DNA from: an uncultured Gemmatimonadota bacterium
Lineage (GTDB): Bacteria; Gemmatimonadota; Gemmatimonadetes; Palauibacterales; Palauibacteraceae
Assembly (NCBI GenBank): GCA_964465015.1
Contig: CAYXHP010000148.1
Coordinates: forward strand, 2,072 to 66,071
Length of the DNA stretch: 64,000 nt
Direction of reading: 5' to 3'
Shown: piece by piece, positions 17,589 to 27,548 of the stretch
Position numbering within the stretch: the first letter of the stretch is position 1
Layout of the letters: the number at the start of each line of letters is the position of its first letter
Position numbers and translations under genes: made by a program
The notes under the pieces: generated by a model
Database searches by the model: none
Told to the model about the DNA's origin: nothing
What the model saw: the letters and a program-made list of their open reading frames with translations, nothing else

Positions 17589-18491
17589 ATGTGCGATCGT
17601 CGTGGAGGACCGGAAGAGGGATCGTCGGCCTGGAGCCGGATCCGGGGGATCCGTGCCCGGGCGCCGCTGGCTCGCCTGGCCCCGGCGCTCATGTCCGCCG
17701 CGCTCCTTGCGCTGACGGTCCCGGGCCTCCGGGCCCAGGGCAGCCAGACCGCAGCCGACCAGGATTGGTGCCGGGAGGCCATGGGCGGCCACGACCAGGC
17801 GAGGCGCTACTGCGAGGTGCGCGACATGAGCTTCGCGGCGCCCTCGGGAGGCCTCGACGTCGACGCCCGGCCCAACGGTGCCATCGAGGTGCGGGCCGGA
17901 TCGGGTAGCCAGGTCCGGGTGCTGGCGCGCGTGATGACCCATGCCCGGTCCGCCGATGCGGCCCACGACCTGGCGAGTCGGGTCAGCGTGTCCACCGAGG
18001 ACGGCCGCGTGCGGGCCACGGGGCCCGACACGGACGGGGAGGGCGACACCTGGTGGTCGGTGAGCTTCCGGATCACGGCGCCCGCCTCGACCGACCTGTC
18101 GCTACGCGCCATGAACGGGGGCATCACGGCGCACGGGATGACAGGCCGTACGCGCTTCCACACGCTGAACGGCGGCGTGCATCTGGAGGATATGGCCGGC
18201 GACGTGAGCGGCTCCACCACGAACGGGGGCCTGCACGTCGTCCTGTCGGGGAAGCGCTGGGCGGGGCAGGGGCTCGATGCCCAGACCACCAACGGCGGGA
18301 TCGATCTCACCATCCCCGACGGCTACGCCGCGCACCTGGTGACCTCGACGGTGAACGGCGGACTGAACGTGGACTTCCCGATCACCGTACAGGGCCGGAT
18401 CGGCCGCGAGCTCTCCACGGACCTGGGAGGCGGTGGCCCCACGATCCGCGTGGTGACGACCAACGGAGGCGTGGACCTCCACCGCCGCTAG
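17589..18491 (+). CDS. Second DUF4097-like secreted protein, a paralogous architecture. Alternative start at 17691.
   Basis: Signal peptide ALLALTVPGLRAQG. Repeats NGGITAHG / NGGVHLED / NGGLHVVL / NGGIDLTI / NGGLNVDF / NGGVDLH. Confidence 0.65.
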   Translation: MCDRRGGPEEGSSAWSRIRGIRARAPLARLAPALMSAALLALTVPGLRAQGSQTAADQDWCREAMGGHDQARRYCEVRDMSFAAPSGGLDVDARPNGAIEVRAGSGSQVRVLARVMTHARSADAAHDLASRVSVSTEDGRVRATGPDTDGEGDTWWSVSFRITAPASTDLSLRAMNGGITAHGMTGRTRFHTLNGGVHLEDMAGDVSGSTTNGGLHVVLSGKRWAGQGLDAQTTNGGIDLTIPDGYAAHLVTSTVNGGLNVDFPITVQGRIGRELSTDLGGGGPTIRVVTTNGGVDLHRR

Positions 18492-18643
18492 CCCGCAGCG
18501 GGGGGGAGCCCCGCCGCCCACCGTCCCTCGGTGGGGCCGGCGGAGCTCCCGTCGTCCGACCCGCTTCTCCTCCCGTTCGTCCCGCCCCGCCGGCCGCCCG
18601 ACGCGACGTTGCAACCTACCCCGCCCGGCTCGCGTCCAAGGGG

Positions 18644-21454
18644 ATGAACGGACGCCACGCCACCCGACCCGAGGCCGCGGAGCCCGCCATGGACCAGAGC
18701 CTCGACCGCGGTCGCCGAGCGGCCCTCGCGCTCGCGTTGGTGACCGGCGCGGGGCTGGCCTCTCCCGGGACGGGTCTCCTGGCACAGGCGGCGGGCGATG
18801 GCGCGCACGCGGCCTCCGCCGGCTCCTCTTCGCACATGGCCGAGCGGCCGCGGGTGCGAGCGGTCCGCCTCCGCACCCCGATCCAGCTGGACGGCCGGCT
18901 GGACGAAGCGGTGTGGCGAACGGCGCCGGCGGCCGCCGGGTTCCGTCAGACGGAGCCCGACCCCGGGAGCCCCGCCACCGAGCGCACCGAGGTCCGGTTC
19001 GCCTATGACGGACGGGCGCTCTACATCGGGGCGCGCATGTACGATTCGCTCGGCGCGGCCGGGGTGCGGACGCGGCTGGTCCGACGGGACGCGGACGCCG
19101 AGAGCGACGAGCTCTCCATCATCTTCGACACTTTCCATGACCACCTGGGGCGGACGGAGTTCGACGTGAACCCGTCCGACGTGCGCGGAGACGCCATCGG
19201 GCTGGGAGGAAGCAACCCGGACGCCTCCTGGGACCCGGTGTGGAAGGCGGCCACCGCCATCGATTCCCTGGGCTGGACGGCTGAGCTCCGGATTCCGTTT
19301 TCCCAGCTCCAGTTCCCGCCCGACTCCGTGGAGACCTGGGGCCTCCAGATCCTGCGCAGCATGAGCCGGGTGCAGGAGCGAGCGGAATGGGCCTACTGGC
19401 CGGTCGACCAGGTGGGAGGGCCCTCCCGCTTCGGGCACCTCTCAGACCTGCGGCCGCCCCGGACCCGCCGGGTCCTGGAAGCTATGCCCTACGCCGTCGT
19501 CAGCTCGGCCAACCAGCCCATCGACGCGGCCGACCCGCTGGCCCGGGCGCACGCCATGACGTACCGGGTCGGGGGCGACCTGGACTACCAGCTCGGCTCC
19601 AGCCTATCGCTCTCGGCCACCTTCAACCCCGACTTCGGGCAGGTGGAGGTGGACCCGGCGGTGGTGAACCTGAGCGCGTTCGAGACCTTCTATCCGGAGA
19701 AGCGTCCCTTCTTCGTCGAGGGCTCCGACCTGTTCAGCTTCGGCGGCTTCAACTGCTACTTCTGCAGCAACGTCTCCAGCCTGGACCTGTTCCACTCGCG
19801 CCGGATCGGTCGCAGCCCGCAGGGGGCTTCGCTGGCGACGGACGCGGGGGCCTACGCCTCTGTGCCGGACAATACGTCGATCCTGGGAGCGGTGAAGCTG
19901 ACGGGACGGCAGGCGGGGGGACTGTCGGTCGGCGTGCTGGATGCGGTCACGGCCCGGGAGCGGGCCACGGTCGTCTCGGACGGCGGTCGCCGGTTCCAGC
20001 AGACGGTCGAGCCGGCCACCAACTACTTCGTGGGCCGGGCCAAGCACGACTTCGACGACGGGAACCTGGTCGTGGGCGGGATCTTCACCTCCGTGCTGCG
20101 CGGCACCACCGACCCGGGGCTCGAGGAGCTGCTGCCACGCCACGCCGAGACGGCCGGGCTGGACGGCCAGGCCTGGTGGGGAGGGAAGACGTACCGGCTC
20201 CGGGCCCAGGTGGCGGCCAGCGGCGTGTGGGGGGACAGCGCCGCCATCCGGCGCGAGCAGGAGTCGAGCGCCCGGTATTTCCAGAGGCCGGACCGGCACC
20301 GCGGCGGGAACGGGCTGTTCTCGGACGCGTTCGACCCGGCCGCGACCTCGCTGCGCGGGTGGGCGGGACACGTGCGGGTGGCCAAGGAGTCGGGAAGCTG
20401 GCTGTGGGAGGCCGCGCTCAACGTGAGGAGCCCGGGCTTCGAGTCCAACGACCTCGGCTTCCTCACGCAGGCGGACTACTGGTGGATGAACGCCAACCTG
20501 TTCCGCCAGTTCACGCGGCCGACATCGTGGTACCGATCCCTCCGGCTCATCGCCGGCGGGCAACAGCAGATCGACTTCGACGGCGACCTGACCTATCGGG
20601 ACGTGCACGCCTACGCCGGGATCACCCTCCCGAACTACTGGGGCCTCAGCGCGTTCGTGATCCGCGGCACCTCGGCGCTCGATCCGACGATCACCCGTGG
20701 CGGCCCGGTGGTCCGGATCCCCGGCTTCACCTACTACAGCTTCGATCTCTCCACGGACTCGAGAAGGGCTCTGGTCGCGGAACTGTCGACCAACGTGACG
20801 GACCGGGACGTCGCCCCGACCGCCTATCGCGCCTCGCTCTCGCTCCGCTTCAAACCGGTCTCCAACCTCTCCCTCTCGGCCGGTCCGGCCTACCAGCGCG
20901 GGACTTCCGACCACCAGTACGTGACCGCCGTCGAGGATCCCACCGCGACCTCCTTCTACGGAGAGCGCTACGTGTTCGCCGACCTCCGGCAGAGTCAGAT
21001 CTCGATGGAGACGCGGGCCAGCGTGACCTTCACGCCCGACCTGTCGCTGGAGGTCTACCTGCAGCCGCTGGTCTCCAGCAACCGGTTCTCGGCTTTCAAG
21101 GAGTTCGCCGTACCCCGGAAGGGACGGACGCTGGTGTACGGCCGCGACGTGGGGACCGTCTCGGTAGCCGGCGCCGGCAGCGCCCGCGAGTACACGGTCG
21201 ATCCCGACGGCGCCGGCCCGGCCGCCCCCTTCTCGTTCGCCGACCCGAACTTCACCTTCCACTCCCTTCGCGCAAACGCGGTGCTGCGGTGGCAGTTCCG
21301 GCCCGGCTCCACGCTCTTCCTGGTCTGGACCCAGGACCGGAGCGGCGAGGTCCCGACCGGGAGCCTGGCGCTCGGACGCGACGTGGGGAGGATCTTCGAC
21401 CGCCCCCCCGCGGACACGTTCCTCGCCAAGGTCAGCTGGTGGACGACCTTCTGA
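18644..21454 (+). CDS. Large DUF5916-family outer-membrane protein with a carbohydrate-binding-like N-terminal domain
   Basis: Tat/Sec-like leader DRGRRAALALALVTGAGLASPG. It is ~936 aa and ends ...FLAKVSWWTTF, a C-terminal aromatic typical of OM beta-barrels. The track ORF 18053..21454 includes upstream junk. Confidence 0.7.
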   Translation: MNGRHATRPEAAEPAMDQSLDRGRRAALALALVTGAGLASPGTGLLAQAAGDGAHAASAGSSSHMAERPRVRAVRLRTPIQLDGRLDEAVWRTAPAAAGFRQTEPDPGSPATERTEVRFAYDGRALYIGARMYDSLGAAGVRTRLVRRDADAESDELSIIFDTFHDHLGRTEFDVNPSDVRGDAIGLGGSNPDASWDPVWKAATAIDSLGWTAELRIPFSQLQFPPDSVETWGLQILRSMSRVQERAEWAYWPVDQVGGPSRFGHLSDLRPPRTRRVLEAMPYAVVSSANQPIDAADPLARAHAMTYRVGGDLDYQLGSSLSLSATFNPDFGQVEVDPAVVNLSAFETFYPEKRPFFVEGSDLFSFGGFNCYFCSNVSSLDLFHSRRIGRSPQGASLATDAGAYASVPDNTSILGAVKLTGRQAGGLSVGVLDAVTARERATVVSDGGRRFQQTVEPATNYFVGRAKHDFDDGNLVVGGIFTSVLRGTTDPGLEELLPRHAETAGLDGQAWWGGKTYRLRAQVAASGVWGDSAAIRREQESSARYFQRPDRHRGGNGLFSDAFDPAATSLRGWAGHVRVAKESGSWLWEAALNVRSPGFESNDLGFLTQADYWWMNANLFRQFTRPTSWYRSLRLIAGGQQQIDFDGDLTYRDVHAYAGITLPNYWGLSAFVIRGTSALDPTITRGGPVVRIPGFTYYSFDLSTDSRRALVAELSTNVTDRDVAPTAYRASLSLRFKPVSNLSLSAGPAYQRGTSDHQYVTAVEDPTATSFYGERYVFADLRQSQISMETRASVTFTPDLSLEVYLQPLVSSNRFSAFKEFAVPRKGRTLVYGRDVGTVSVAGAGSAREYTVDPDGAGPAAPFSFADPNFTFHSLRANAVLRWQFRPGSTLFLVWTQDRSGEVPTGSLALGRDVGRIFDRPPADTFLAKVSWWTTF

Positions 21455-21591
21455 TCCTGCAACTCGTCGACCCATACCCGCCGTTGACCGATCCGCGGCT
21501 GTCCAGGGAGGCGCGGCGTCGGACATCCTGAGGCCCCGCCGGGGCGACGGGCGCCCCGGACGTCGTCCGTCCCGGGCCGGAGCCGCGTCCC

Positions 21592-22173
21592 ATGGCATCT
21601 CTCGCCGCCCTCCTCGTCGCCTTCCCCCTCGCTGTCGCGCCGTTCGGACCGCCTCCCGCGCCGGGAGACGCGCCGGCGGGCCCACCCGAAGCGGTTCCCG
21701 TCGCGTTCACCGGCACCCTCTCCGACACCGTGGCCGCGGCGTGTGCCACGCCGGAGCGGCGGCAGTTCGATTTCTGGCTCGGGCGTTGGACCGTGGTCGA
21801 CACGGCCGGCCGAGAGCTGGGCCGGAGCGAGATCACGCGCGTGTCGGGTGGCTGCGGCATTCTCGAGCACTGGAGCGGCTCGGACGGGGTAGGCGGACGG
21901 AGCCTCAACGGCTACGATCCGCAGACCGGGAAGTGGAGGCAACTGTGGGTCGGCGAGGGAGGTCTGCTCTTGCGTCTCGAAGGCAGCCTGCGCGGCCGCT
22001 CCATGGTCCTGTCCGGCGGCCACCGGAGCCGGTCGGGCGCGATGGTCCTGGACCGGATCACCTGGACGCCGCGCCCCGGCGGCGAGGTGCGCCAGCTCTG
22101 GGAGATGTCGCGCGACGGCGGCAAGAGCTGGACGACCGCCTTCGACGGCCTCTACCGTCCGTCGAGCTCCTGA
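21592..22173 (+). CDS. Hypothetical secreted protein
   Basis: Signal peptide MASLAALLVAFPLAVAPFG. It contains the block RRQFDFWLGRWTV. No assigned family. Confidence 0.5.
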   Translation: MASLAALLVAFPLAVAPFGPPPAPGDAPAGPPEAVPVAFTGTLSDTVAAACATPERRQFDFWLGRWTVVDTAGRELGRSEITRVSGGCGILEHWSGSDGVGGRSLNGYDPQTGKWRQLWVGEGGLLLRLEGSLRGRSMVLSGGHRSRSGAMVLDRITWTPRPGGEVRQLWEMSRDGGKSWTTAFDGLYRPSSS

Positions 22174-22454
22174 TCGGGGCGGCCTAGGGAGGCCCGCCTT
22201 GCGGTGAGGCGGATCCACCGGAGCAGCCGGCGGATCGCCGGGCGGCCCGGGCCCCGGGGACGCGGTCCGGCGATCGAGGTCCGTCTTCGCGAGGCGTCGG
22301 TTCCGTGACGCAGCCCGTCCCCGTAGGCCGCCGGCGGGGCCGGCCCGCGAGGGGCTGGCGGCGGGAGGGCGACGACGAGTATCGTCGGGTGTCGCCGGCC
22401 CGGCCCGCCGAGCGGGCCCGGAGCCGTCCCGGAGCATCCGATCGGAAGGCGCCG

Positions 22455-23609
22455 ATGTTCGCGGGTTCTCGAGGGCCGAGTCCTCCCTCCGGCAGGTCGC
22501 CCGACCGCACCGAAGACTCCCGACGACCCCTGGGCTGGATCCTGCTGGTCGTGGCCGGCGCCACCGCGCTCGGCCTCGTCGCGACCGTCCAGGCCTACTT
22601 CGGCATGCCGTCCTCGGAGCCGATGTCGTTCTGGGAGATGACCAAGTACTGGCTCCCGGACTACTACCTTTGGGCCGCGCTCGCGCCACTCATCCTGTGG
22701 CTGGGCCGCCGCTTCCCGATCGAGCGTCGGGGCTGGGCGCGGCACCTGGCGCTCCACGTGGCCGCCGCCACCGTGCTCCTGCAGGTCGAACTGCTGGTAT
22801 CCTGCGCCGTGATCTCGGTCATCGCCTCGATCCCGGAGCGCTACGACGGCTTCTGGGACTACTACCGCACGGTGGCCCGCGGCTACTTCCTGTGGGGGCT
22901 GATCATCTACCTGCTCATCCTGGCGGCGGGCCAGGCGTACCAGAACGCGCGCCGCCTGCGAGCCCAGGAGGTCGAGGCCGCCGACCTGAGAGGGCGCGTG
23001 GTCGAGGCGCAGCTTCGCGCCCTGAAGATGCAGCTCCACCCGCATTTCCTGTTCAACACCCTCAACTCGATCGGGGCCCTGGTCCGCACCGGTGAGCGGG
23101 AGCGGGCCCTCGGGATGCTGGCCGGACTGGGCGACCTCCTCCGCTACTCGCTCGAGAACGAGGAGCGCCAGGAGGTGCCCCTGCAGGAGGAGATCGAGTT
23201 CCTACGCCGCTATCTCGAGGTCGAGCAGATGCGTTTCTCGGACCGTCTCCAGGTCGAGTTCCGGGTCGAGGAGGAGGCGCTGCTGGCCTCCGTGCCGAAC
23301 ATGATCCTCCAGCCCCTGGTCGAGAACGCGATCCGTCACGGGGTCAGTCCCCACGGCGGCCAGCGCCGGGTGCGGGTGGGGGCCAGCCGCCGGGACGGGC
23401 AGCTGCAGCTGGAGGTCCAGGACGACGGACCGCAGCCCCCGCCGGGCTGGCGTCCGGACGAGAGCTCGGGTGTCGGCCTCCGGAACGTGCGCGAGCGGCT
23501 GGCCCGAATGTACGGCTCCTCCGGCGAGCTGCGCGTGAGACCGGGTTCCACGGCCGGCGTGGTCTCGACGGTCGAGCTTCCGTGGAAGCGCTGGAAGGAG
23601 GCTCCATGA
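22455..23609 (+). CDS. LytS/YehU-type sensor histidine kinase (5TM N-terminal domain plus His_kinase)
   Basis: Multiple TM helices, then LHPHFLFNTLNSIGALV (H-box of the LytS family) and GVGLRNVRERL. Confidence 0.8.
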   Translation: MFAGSRGPSPPSGRSPDRTEDSRRPLGWILLVVAGATALGLVATVQAYFGMPSSEPMSFWEMTKYWLPDYYLWAALAPLILWLGRRFPIERRGWARHLALHVAAATVLLQVELLVSCAVISVIASIPERYDGFWDYYRTVARGYFLWGLIIYLLILAAGQAYQNARRLRAQEVEAADLRGRVVEAQLRALKMQLHPHFLFNTLNSIGALVRTGERERALGMLAGLGDLLRYSLENEERQEVPLQEEIEFLRRYLEVEQMRFSDRLQVEFRVEEEALLASVPNMILQPLVENAIRHGVSPHGGQRRVRVGASRRDGQLQLEVQDDGPQPPPGWRPDESSGVGLRNVRERLARMYGSSGELRVRPGSTAGVVSTVELPWKRWKEAP

Positions 23610-24421
23610 AGCCCATCCGCACCCTGATCGTGGATGACGAGCCGCTCGCGCGCGAAGGTCTTCGGGTGCTCCTGGAACGCGATCCCGTGATCGAGCTGGT
23701 AGGCGAGTGCCGCGACGGGAGTGAGGCGCTGACCTGCATCGGCGACCTGGAGCCGGACCTGGTGTTCCTGGACGTCGAGATGCCGGAGATGGACGGCTTC
23801 GACGTGCTGGAGGCGCTGTCGGAGGGAGGCTCACTCCTGCCCACCATCGTGTTCGTGACGGCGTACGACCAGTACGCCCTGCGCGCCTTCGAGGTGCACG
23901 CCCTGGACTACCTGCTCAAGCCGTTCGACGACGAGCGGTTCGAGCGCGCCCTGGAGCGTGCCAAGCTCGAGGTCTCCCGCCGCCAGGCCGCCGCCGTCGC
24001 CTCGCGCATCGAGGCCCTGCTGAGCGACCGGCGGGAGGACCGCGGGGCCGCGACCCGTAGCGCGGCGGCCGACGGCGCCGAGGCGCCGGTGCAGCGCTTC
24101 GTCGTGCGCTCGTCGGGACGCATCCACTTCGTGGACGTGGGCGAGGTGGATTGGATCGAGGCGGCGGGCGATTACGTGCGGCTCCACACGGGCGAGCGCT
24201 CGCACCTCATGCGCGAGACGATGAAGCAGCTCGAGGACCTCCTCGATCCGGACGTCTTCGTGCGCATCCACCGCTCGACCATCGTGCGGATCGGCTTCGT
24301 GAAGGAGATCCGCACGACGGCCACCGGGCAGTACGTGGTGCTCCTGGAAAACGGGACGAAGCGGAACCTGAGCCGCAGCGGGCGCCGCCGGCTGGAGGAG
24401 GTACTGGGCCGAACCCTCTGA
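23606..24421 (+). CDS. LytTR-family response regulator
   Basis: ATGA overlap with the kinase stop. Receiver domain IRTLIVDDEPLAREGL...LVFLDVEMPEMDG. The C-terminal part reads FVVRSSGRIHFVDVGEVDWIEAAGDYVRLHT...RIHRSTIV (LytTR). Confidence 0.85.
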   Translation: MKPIRTLIVDDEPLAREGLRVLLERDPVIELVGECRDGSEALTCIGDLEPDLVFLDVEMPEMDGFDVLEALSEGGSLLPTIVFVTAYDQYALRAFEVHALDYLLKPFDDERFERALERAKLEVSRRQAAAVASRIEALLSDRREDRGAATRSAAADGAEAPVQRFVVRSSGRIHFVDVGEVDWIEAAGDYVRLHTGERSHLMRETMKQLEDLLDPDVFVRIHRSTIVRIGFVKEIRTTATGQYVVLLENGTKRNLSRSGRRRLEEVLGRTL

Positions 24422-24438
24422 GCGAGGAGGTCGCCGCT

Positions 24439-25470
24439 CTAGGCGGCCGTCCGCTCCCGATCCGGCCGGGTGGACGCGCGCCTCCGACGCGGCTCCGGGC
24501 TCGAGCGCTGCGTGCGGCCGAGACGGGCCAGGCCCCTCAGCCCCACCACTCCGGTGGCCAGTCCGAGCACCGGCGGCACCTGCACGGCCTGAAGCACGAG
24601 GCCCGCGAGCACGGCCGAGGACGGATCCACCCCGAACGGTGCCAACCCCGCCACGAGCGATACCTGGAAGATCCCCACGTTGGCCGGAGTGAGTCGTAGA
24701 GCGCCTCCCAGGTTGGCGGCCAGCAGCGCGACCAGGGCCGCGTCGGGACCCGATGCGACGTGGGTGGCGGAGAGCACCAGCCAGTAGGTGCCCCACTGGG
24801 CGGCCCAGTTGACCAGCGCCAGCACGACGGCCTCGGCGAACGGTCGCCGTCCCACGATCCGGACTCCGTCCACCATCGCCTCGGGCACGTGCCGCCGCAG
24901 CCGCTCGGCCACCTTCGGTCGTCGCAGCACCAGGACCAGGAGCGCGCCGGTCGCCACGACCGCGACCCCGGCCAGGCCGGCCCGTTCCGGCAGGGAGGGC
25001 AAGGGGAGGAAGAGCGAGGCGCACGCCACCACGATCCCGAGCGCGACCAGCTCGGACAGCCGCACCGTGGCGACCGAGATCGCCGTGAGGCCCACCGGCA
25101 GTCCCTCGCGCGCCAGCGCCTGCACGCGGGCCGCCTCGCCGACGAGGGAGACGGAGACGTCGGACACCGCCGATCCCAGGAGGTTGGCGCGCTGCACCGG
25201 GAGCCAGCGCGCCCCGGTGGACGGGCGCAGCAGGCGCTGCCAGGCCCAGCCTTTGGCCACCAGTGACAGCAGGTTGACGACCAGCGCCGCGACCAGGAGC
25301 CGAGGATCGGTGGCCATCAGGGCCGCACCGGCCTCGCCCCAGGGGAAGTGGAGGGCCACCCGAACCGCGAGCGCGCCGAGCCCGGCCAGGAGCAGGACGC
25401 GAAGGGCACGCCGCCACCCGCGGCGGACCGTTCCATCCCCGGAGTCCGGGGGCGCGCCTCGGCGGCTCAC
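24439..25470 (-). CDS. Integral membrane protein of the lysylphosphatidylglycerol-synthase TM-region / flippase-like family (UPF0104)
   Basis: About 8 predicted TM helices. GTG start overlapping the stop of the upstream deacetylase. Confidence 0.6.
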   Translation of the reverse strand: MSRRGAPPDSGDGTVRRGWRRALRVLLLAGLGALAVRVALHFPWGEAGAALMATDPRLLVAALVVNLLSLVAKGWAWQRLLRPSTGARWLPVQRANLLGSAVSDVSVSLVGEAARVQALAREGLPVGLTAISVATVRLSELVALGIVVACASLFLPLPSLPERAGLAGVAVVATGALLVLVLRRPKVAERLRRHVPEAMVDGVRIVGRRPFAEAVVLALVNWAAQWGTYWLVLSATHVASGPDAALVALLAANLGGALRLTPANVGIFQVSLVAGLAPFGVDPSSAVLAGLVLQAVQVPPVLGLATGVVGLRGLARLGRTQRSSPEPRRRRASTRPDRERTAA

Positions 25471-26169
25471 CGCAGCAGCTCGGCGAGGGGATGGACGGCG
25501 TAGCCCGCTGCGGACAGGTCGGCCAGGATTCCCGGGAGCGCCTCGGCCGTCTGGGTCCGATCGCCGTCCGGGTCGTATCCGTCGCCGTCATGGAGGAGCA
25601 GGATCGTCCCGGGCTTCACGCGGCGCCGCACCCGGCGCCGAATCTCCTCGGCCCCGGGCCGATCCGTGTCCCACACCCCCACGCTCCACCCCACCAGGGG
25701 ACAACCCAGTCCGCGCAGCGTCCGATCCACGAAGGGGTTCCGGTGTCCGTGGGGCGCCCTGAACGCCACCGGCGCGACGCCCGCGGCGTCCTCGACGGCC
25801 CGGTGTCCCGACTCGATCTCCTCCCGGACGGCAGCTGGTCCCATGAGGGTGAGCTTGCGGTGCGAGAAGGTGTGGCTCCCGACCAGGTGGCCGCCCGCGG
25901 CCACCTCCCTCGCCAGGTCCGGGAAGGCCTGGGCGTGCCGTCCGACCAGGAAGAAGGCGGCCGGGGCACCAGCCGCCGCCAGCGCGTCCAGGACGGCGGG
26001 AGTGGTGGCGCGGTTCGGGCCATCGTCGAAGGTGAGGTAGACCCGCCGTCCGTCCGCGGGGCCCCGTCCGAGGACGGGCCCGAACAGTCGGGCGTTGGGG
26101 AGGAGCGCGCCCGCCGCCAGGCTCCCCGCGCCCGCCAGGCCGACCGCGCCGGCCACGAGGCCGATCATG
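25467..26169 (-). CDS. Polysaccharide deacetylase (NodB homology / CE4)
   Basis: ATG at 26169 (MIGLVAGAV...). VYLTFDDGPN...FFLVGRH...GHLVGSHTFSHRKL...RAPHGHRNP...LLHDG. ATGA overlap with the GT4 stop. Confidence 0.8.
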
Positions 26170-27280
26170 CCAGCACCCGACGGTAGATGCCGAGTACCCG
26201 GGCCGCGACGTCGGGCCAGGCGAACTCGCAGGCATGGTCCAGCGCCCGCGAGCGCATCCGCGCCCGGCGATGCGCGTCGCCCAACAGGTCGAGGATGGCC
26301 TCGGCCCAGGCGCCCGGATCGGCCGGCTCCAGGAGGTGGCCGGCCCCCGAGCCGCCGAGGACGAACCGGTGTCCGGCCAGGTCCGAGGCCACCACCGGGG
26401 CTCCGCAGGCCATCGCCTCGAGCAGCGTGATGCCGAAGGAGGCGCGCCGGGTGGGGGCCAGGTAGAGATCGCACGTGCCGTAGTATTCCGGCCTCTCCTC
26501 GTACACCAGCCCCACGAACCGGACGCCGTCGGCCAGCGGGGCCGCCTGCCGCTCGTAGTGGGCCCGGAGCGGTCCGTCTCCGACCACGGTCAGCGTGGCG
26601 CCCGGATAGGCTTCGATGACGGCCGGCATCGCCGTCAGCAGCGTCTCGAGGCCGTTGCGCGGGTCGAGTCGTCCCAGGAAGAGGAGACGCGGCGGATCCC
26701 CGGGGCCGAGCGGACCCGGATGGCGGCCGTTGGGATGGAAATACCCGACGTCGACGCCGTTCGGCACCACGTCGAACTCGGCCGCGAAGTAGCGCGACAG
26801 CGCCTCGACCACCGTCGGGCTCACCGCGATGCGCGCCGCCATGCTCGCCAACCGGCGCTGGAGCGGCGCCTGGAACACGCGGTAGCCCACCGAGCGCGGA
26901 AACCAGGAGTGGAAGGTGCTGACCACGGGGAGCCCCAGGTCGTCGGCGGCCGTCTGGCCCACGAGCCCGAGCGTCGGGGCCAGCGGGCCGTGCAGGTGGA
27001 CCAGGTCGATGGCCTCTTCCCGGAACAGGCGCCGGAGCCCGGCCCGGAGGCGCCAGCCGATGGCCACCCGGGCGAAGGCTCCGTTGCTGAACACCACCTG
27101 GCTCCGGCCCACGCGGCGGACGCCGGTCTCGTCCGGGTCCTGGCCGGTCATGCGGGCGGTGACGATGAGGGCTTCGTGGCCCAGTCGACCGAGCTCGCGC
27201 TGTAGCGCCTGCACGTGCTCGGTGACCCCCCCGAGGTGGGGATGGTAGTATTCGGTGACCAGCGCGACGCGCATGCGTGT
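26165..27280 (-). CDS. GT4-family glycosyltransferase (PimA/MshA-like, retaining). Alternative start at 27292.
   Basis: MRVALVTEYYHPHLGGVTEHV...LLFLGRLDPRNGLETLL...LEAMACGAPVVASDLAGH. Confidence 0.8.
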   Translation of the reverse strand, partial: TRMRVALVTEYYHPHLGGVTEHVQALQRELGRLGHEALIVTARMTGQDPDETGVRRVGRSQVVFSNGAFARVAIGWRLRAGLRRLFREEAIDLVHLHGPLAPTLGLVGQTAADDLGLPVVSTFHSWFPRSVGYRVFQAPLQRRLASMAARIAVSPTVVEALSRYFAAEFDVVPNGVDVGYFHPNGRHPGPLGPGDPPRLLFLGRLDPRNGLETLLTAMPAVIEAYPGATLTVVGDGPLRAHYERQAAPLADGVRFVGLVYEERPEYYGTCDLYLAPTRRASFGITLLEAMACGAPVVASDLAGHRFVLGGSGAGHLLEPADPGAWAEAILDLLGDAHRRARMRSRALDHACEFAWPDVAARVLGIYRRVLA

Positions 27281-27548
27281 CCCCATCTCGCGGACCGCCG
27301 GGGCGGGCATCGCCCTGCGCGAGACGGGATCTCCGGCCCGCGCACTCCACGGCGTCCGGGCCGCGGCAGCGACGATTACAGTTGTAGACGGTACTCGTTT
27401 ACCCGTGCGCGAGCGCGAGTTCCATGTCGGGTTCGGGCCCGAGGGCGTGGGCGGACGGCGCCGGGCGGGTCGTCCCCTTACCTTCCACGTTCGGGCGCCC
27501 TCTGACGCGGGGTGATTCGCCGACGCACGAGCCGGACGGGAGGGCGAC

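Noticed and set aside
19387-21685. Plus ORF 19387..21531 and minus ORF 19604..21685 (about 700 aa each)
   Set aside because: They overlap the DUF5916 OMP gene in alternative frames, have no signal peptide or motifs and are low complexity.
25467-27350. 627-aa minus ORF that appears to fuse the deacetylase with upstream sequence
   Set aside because: Upstream of 26169 this frame overlaps the GT4 gene out of frame. The deacetylase starts at ATG 26169, overlapping the GT4 stop.
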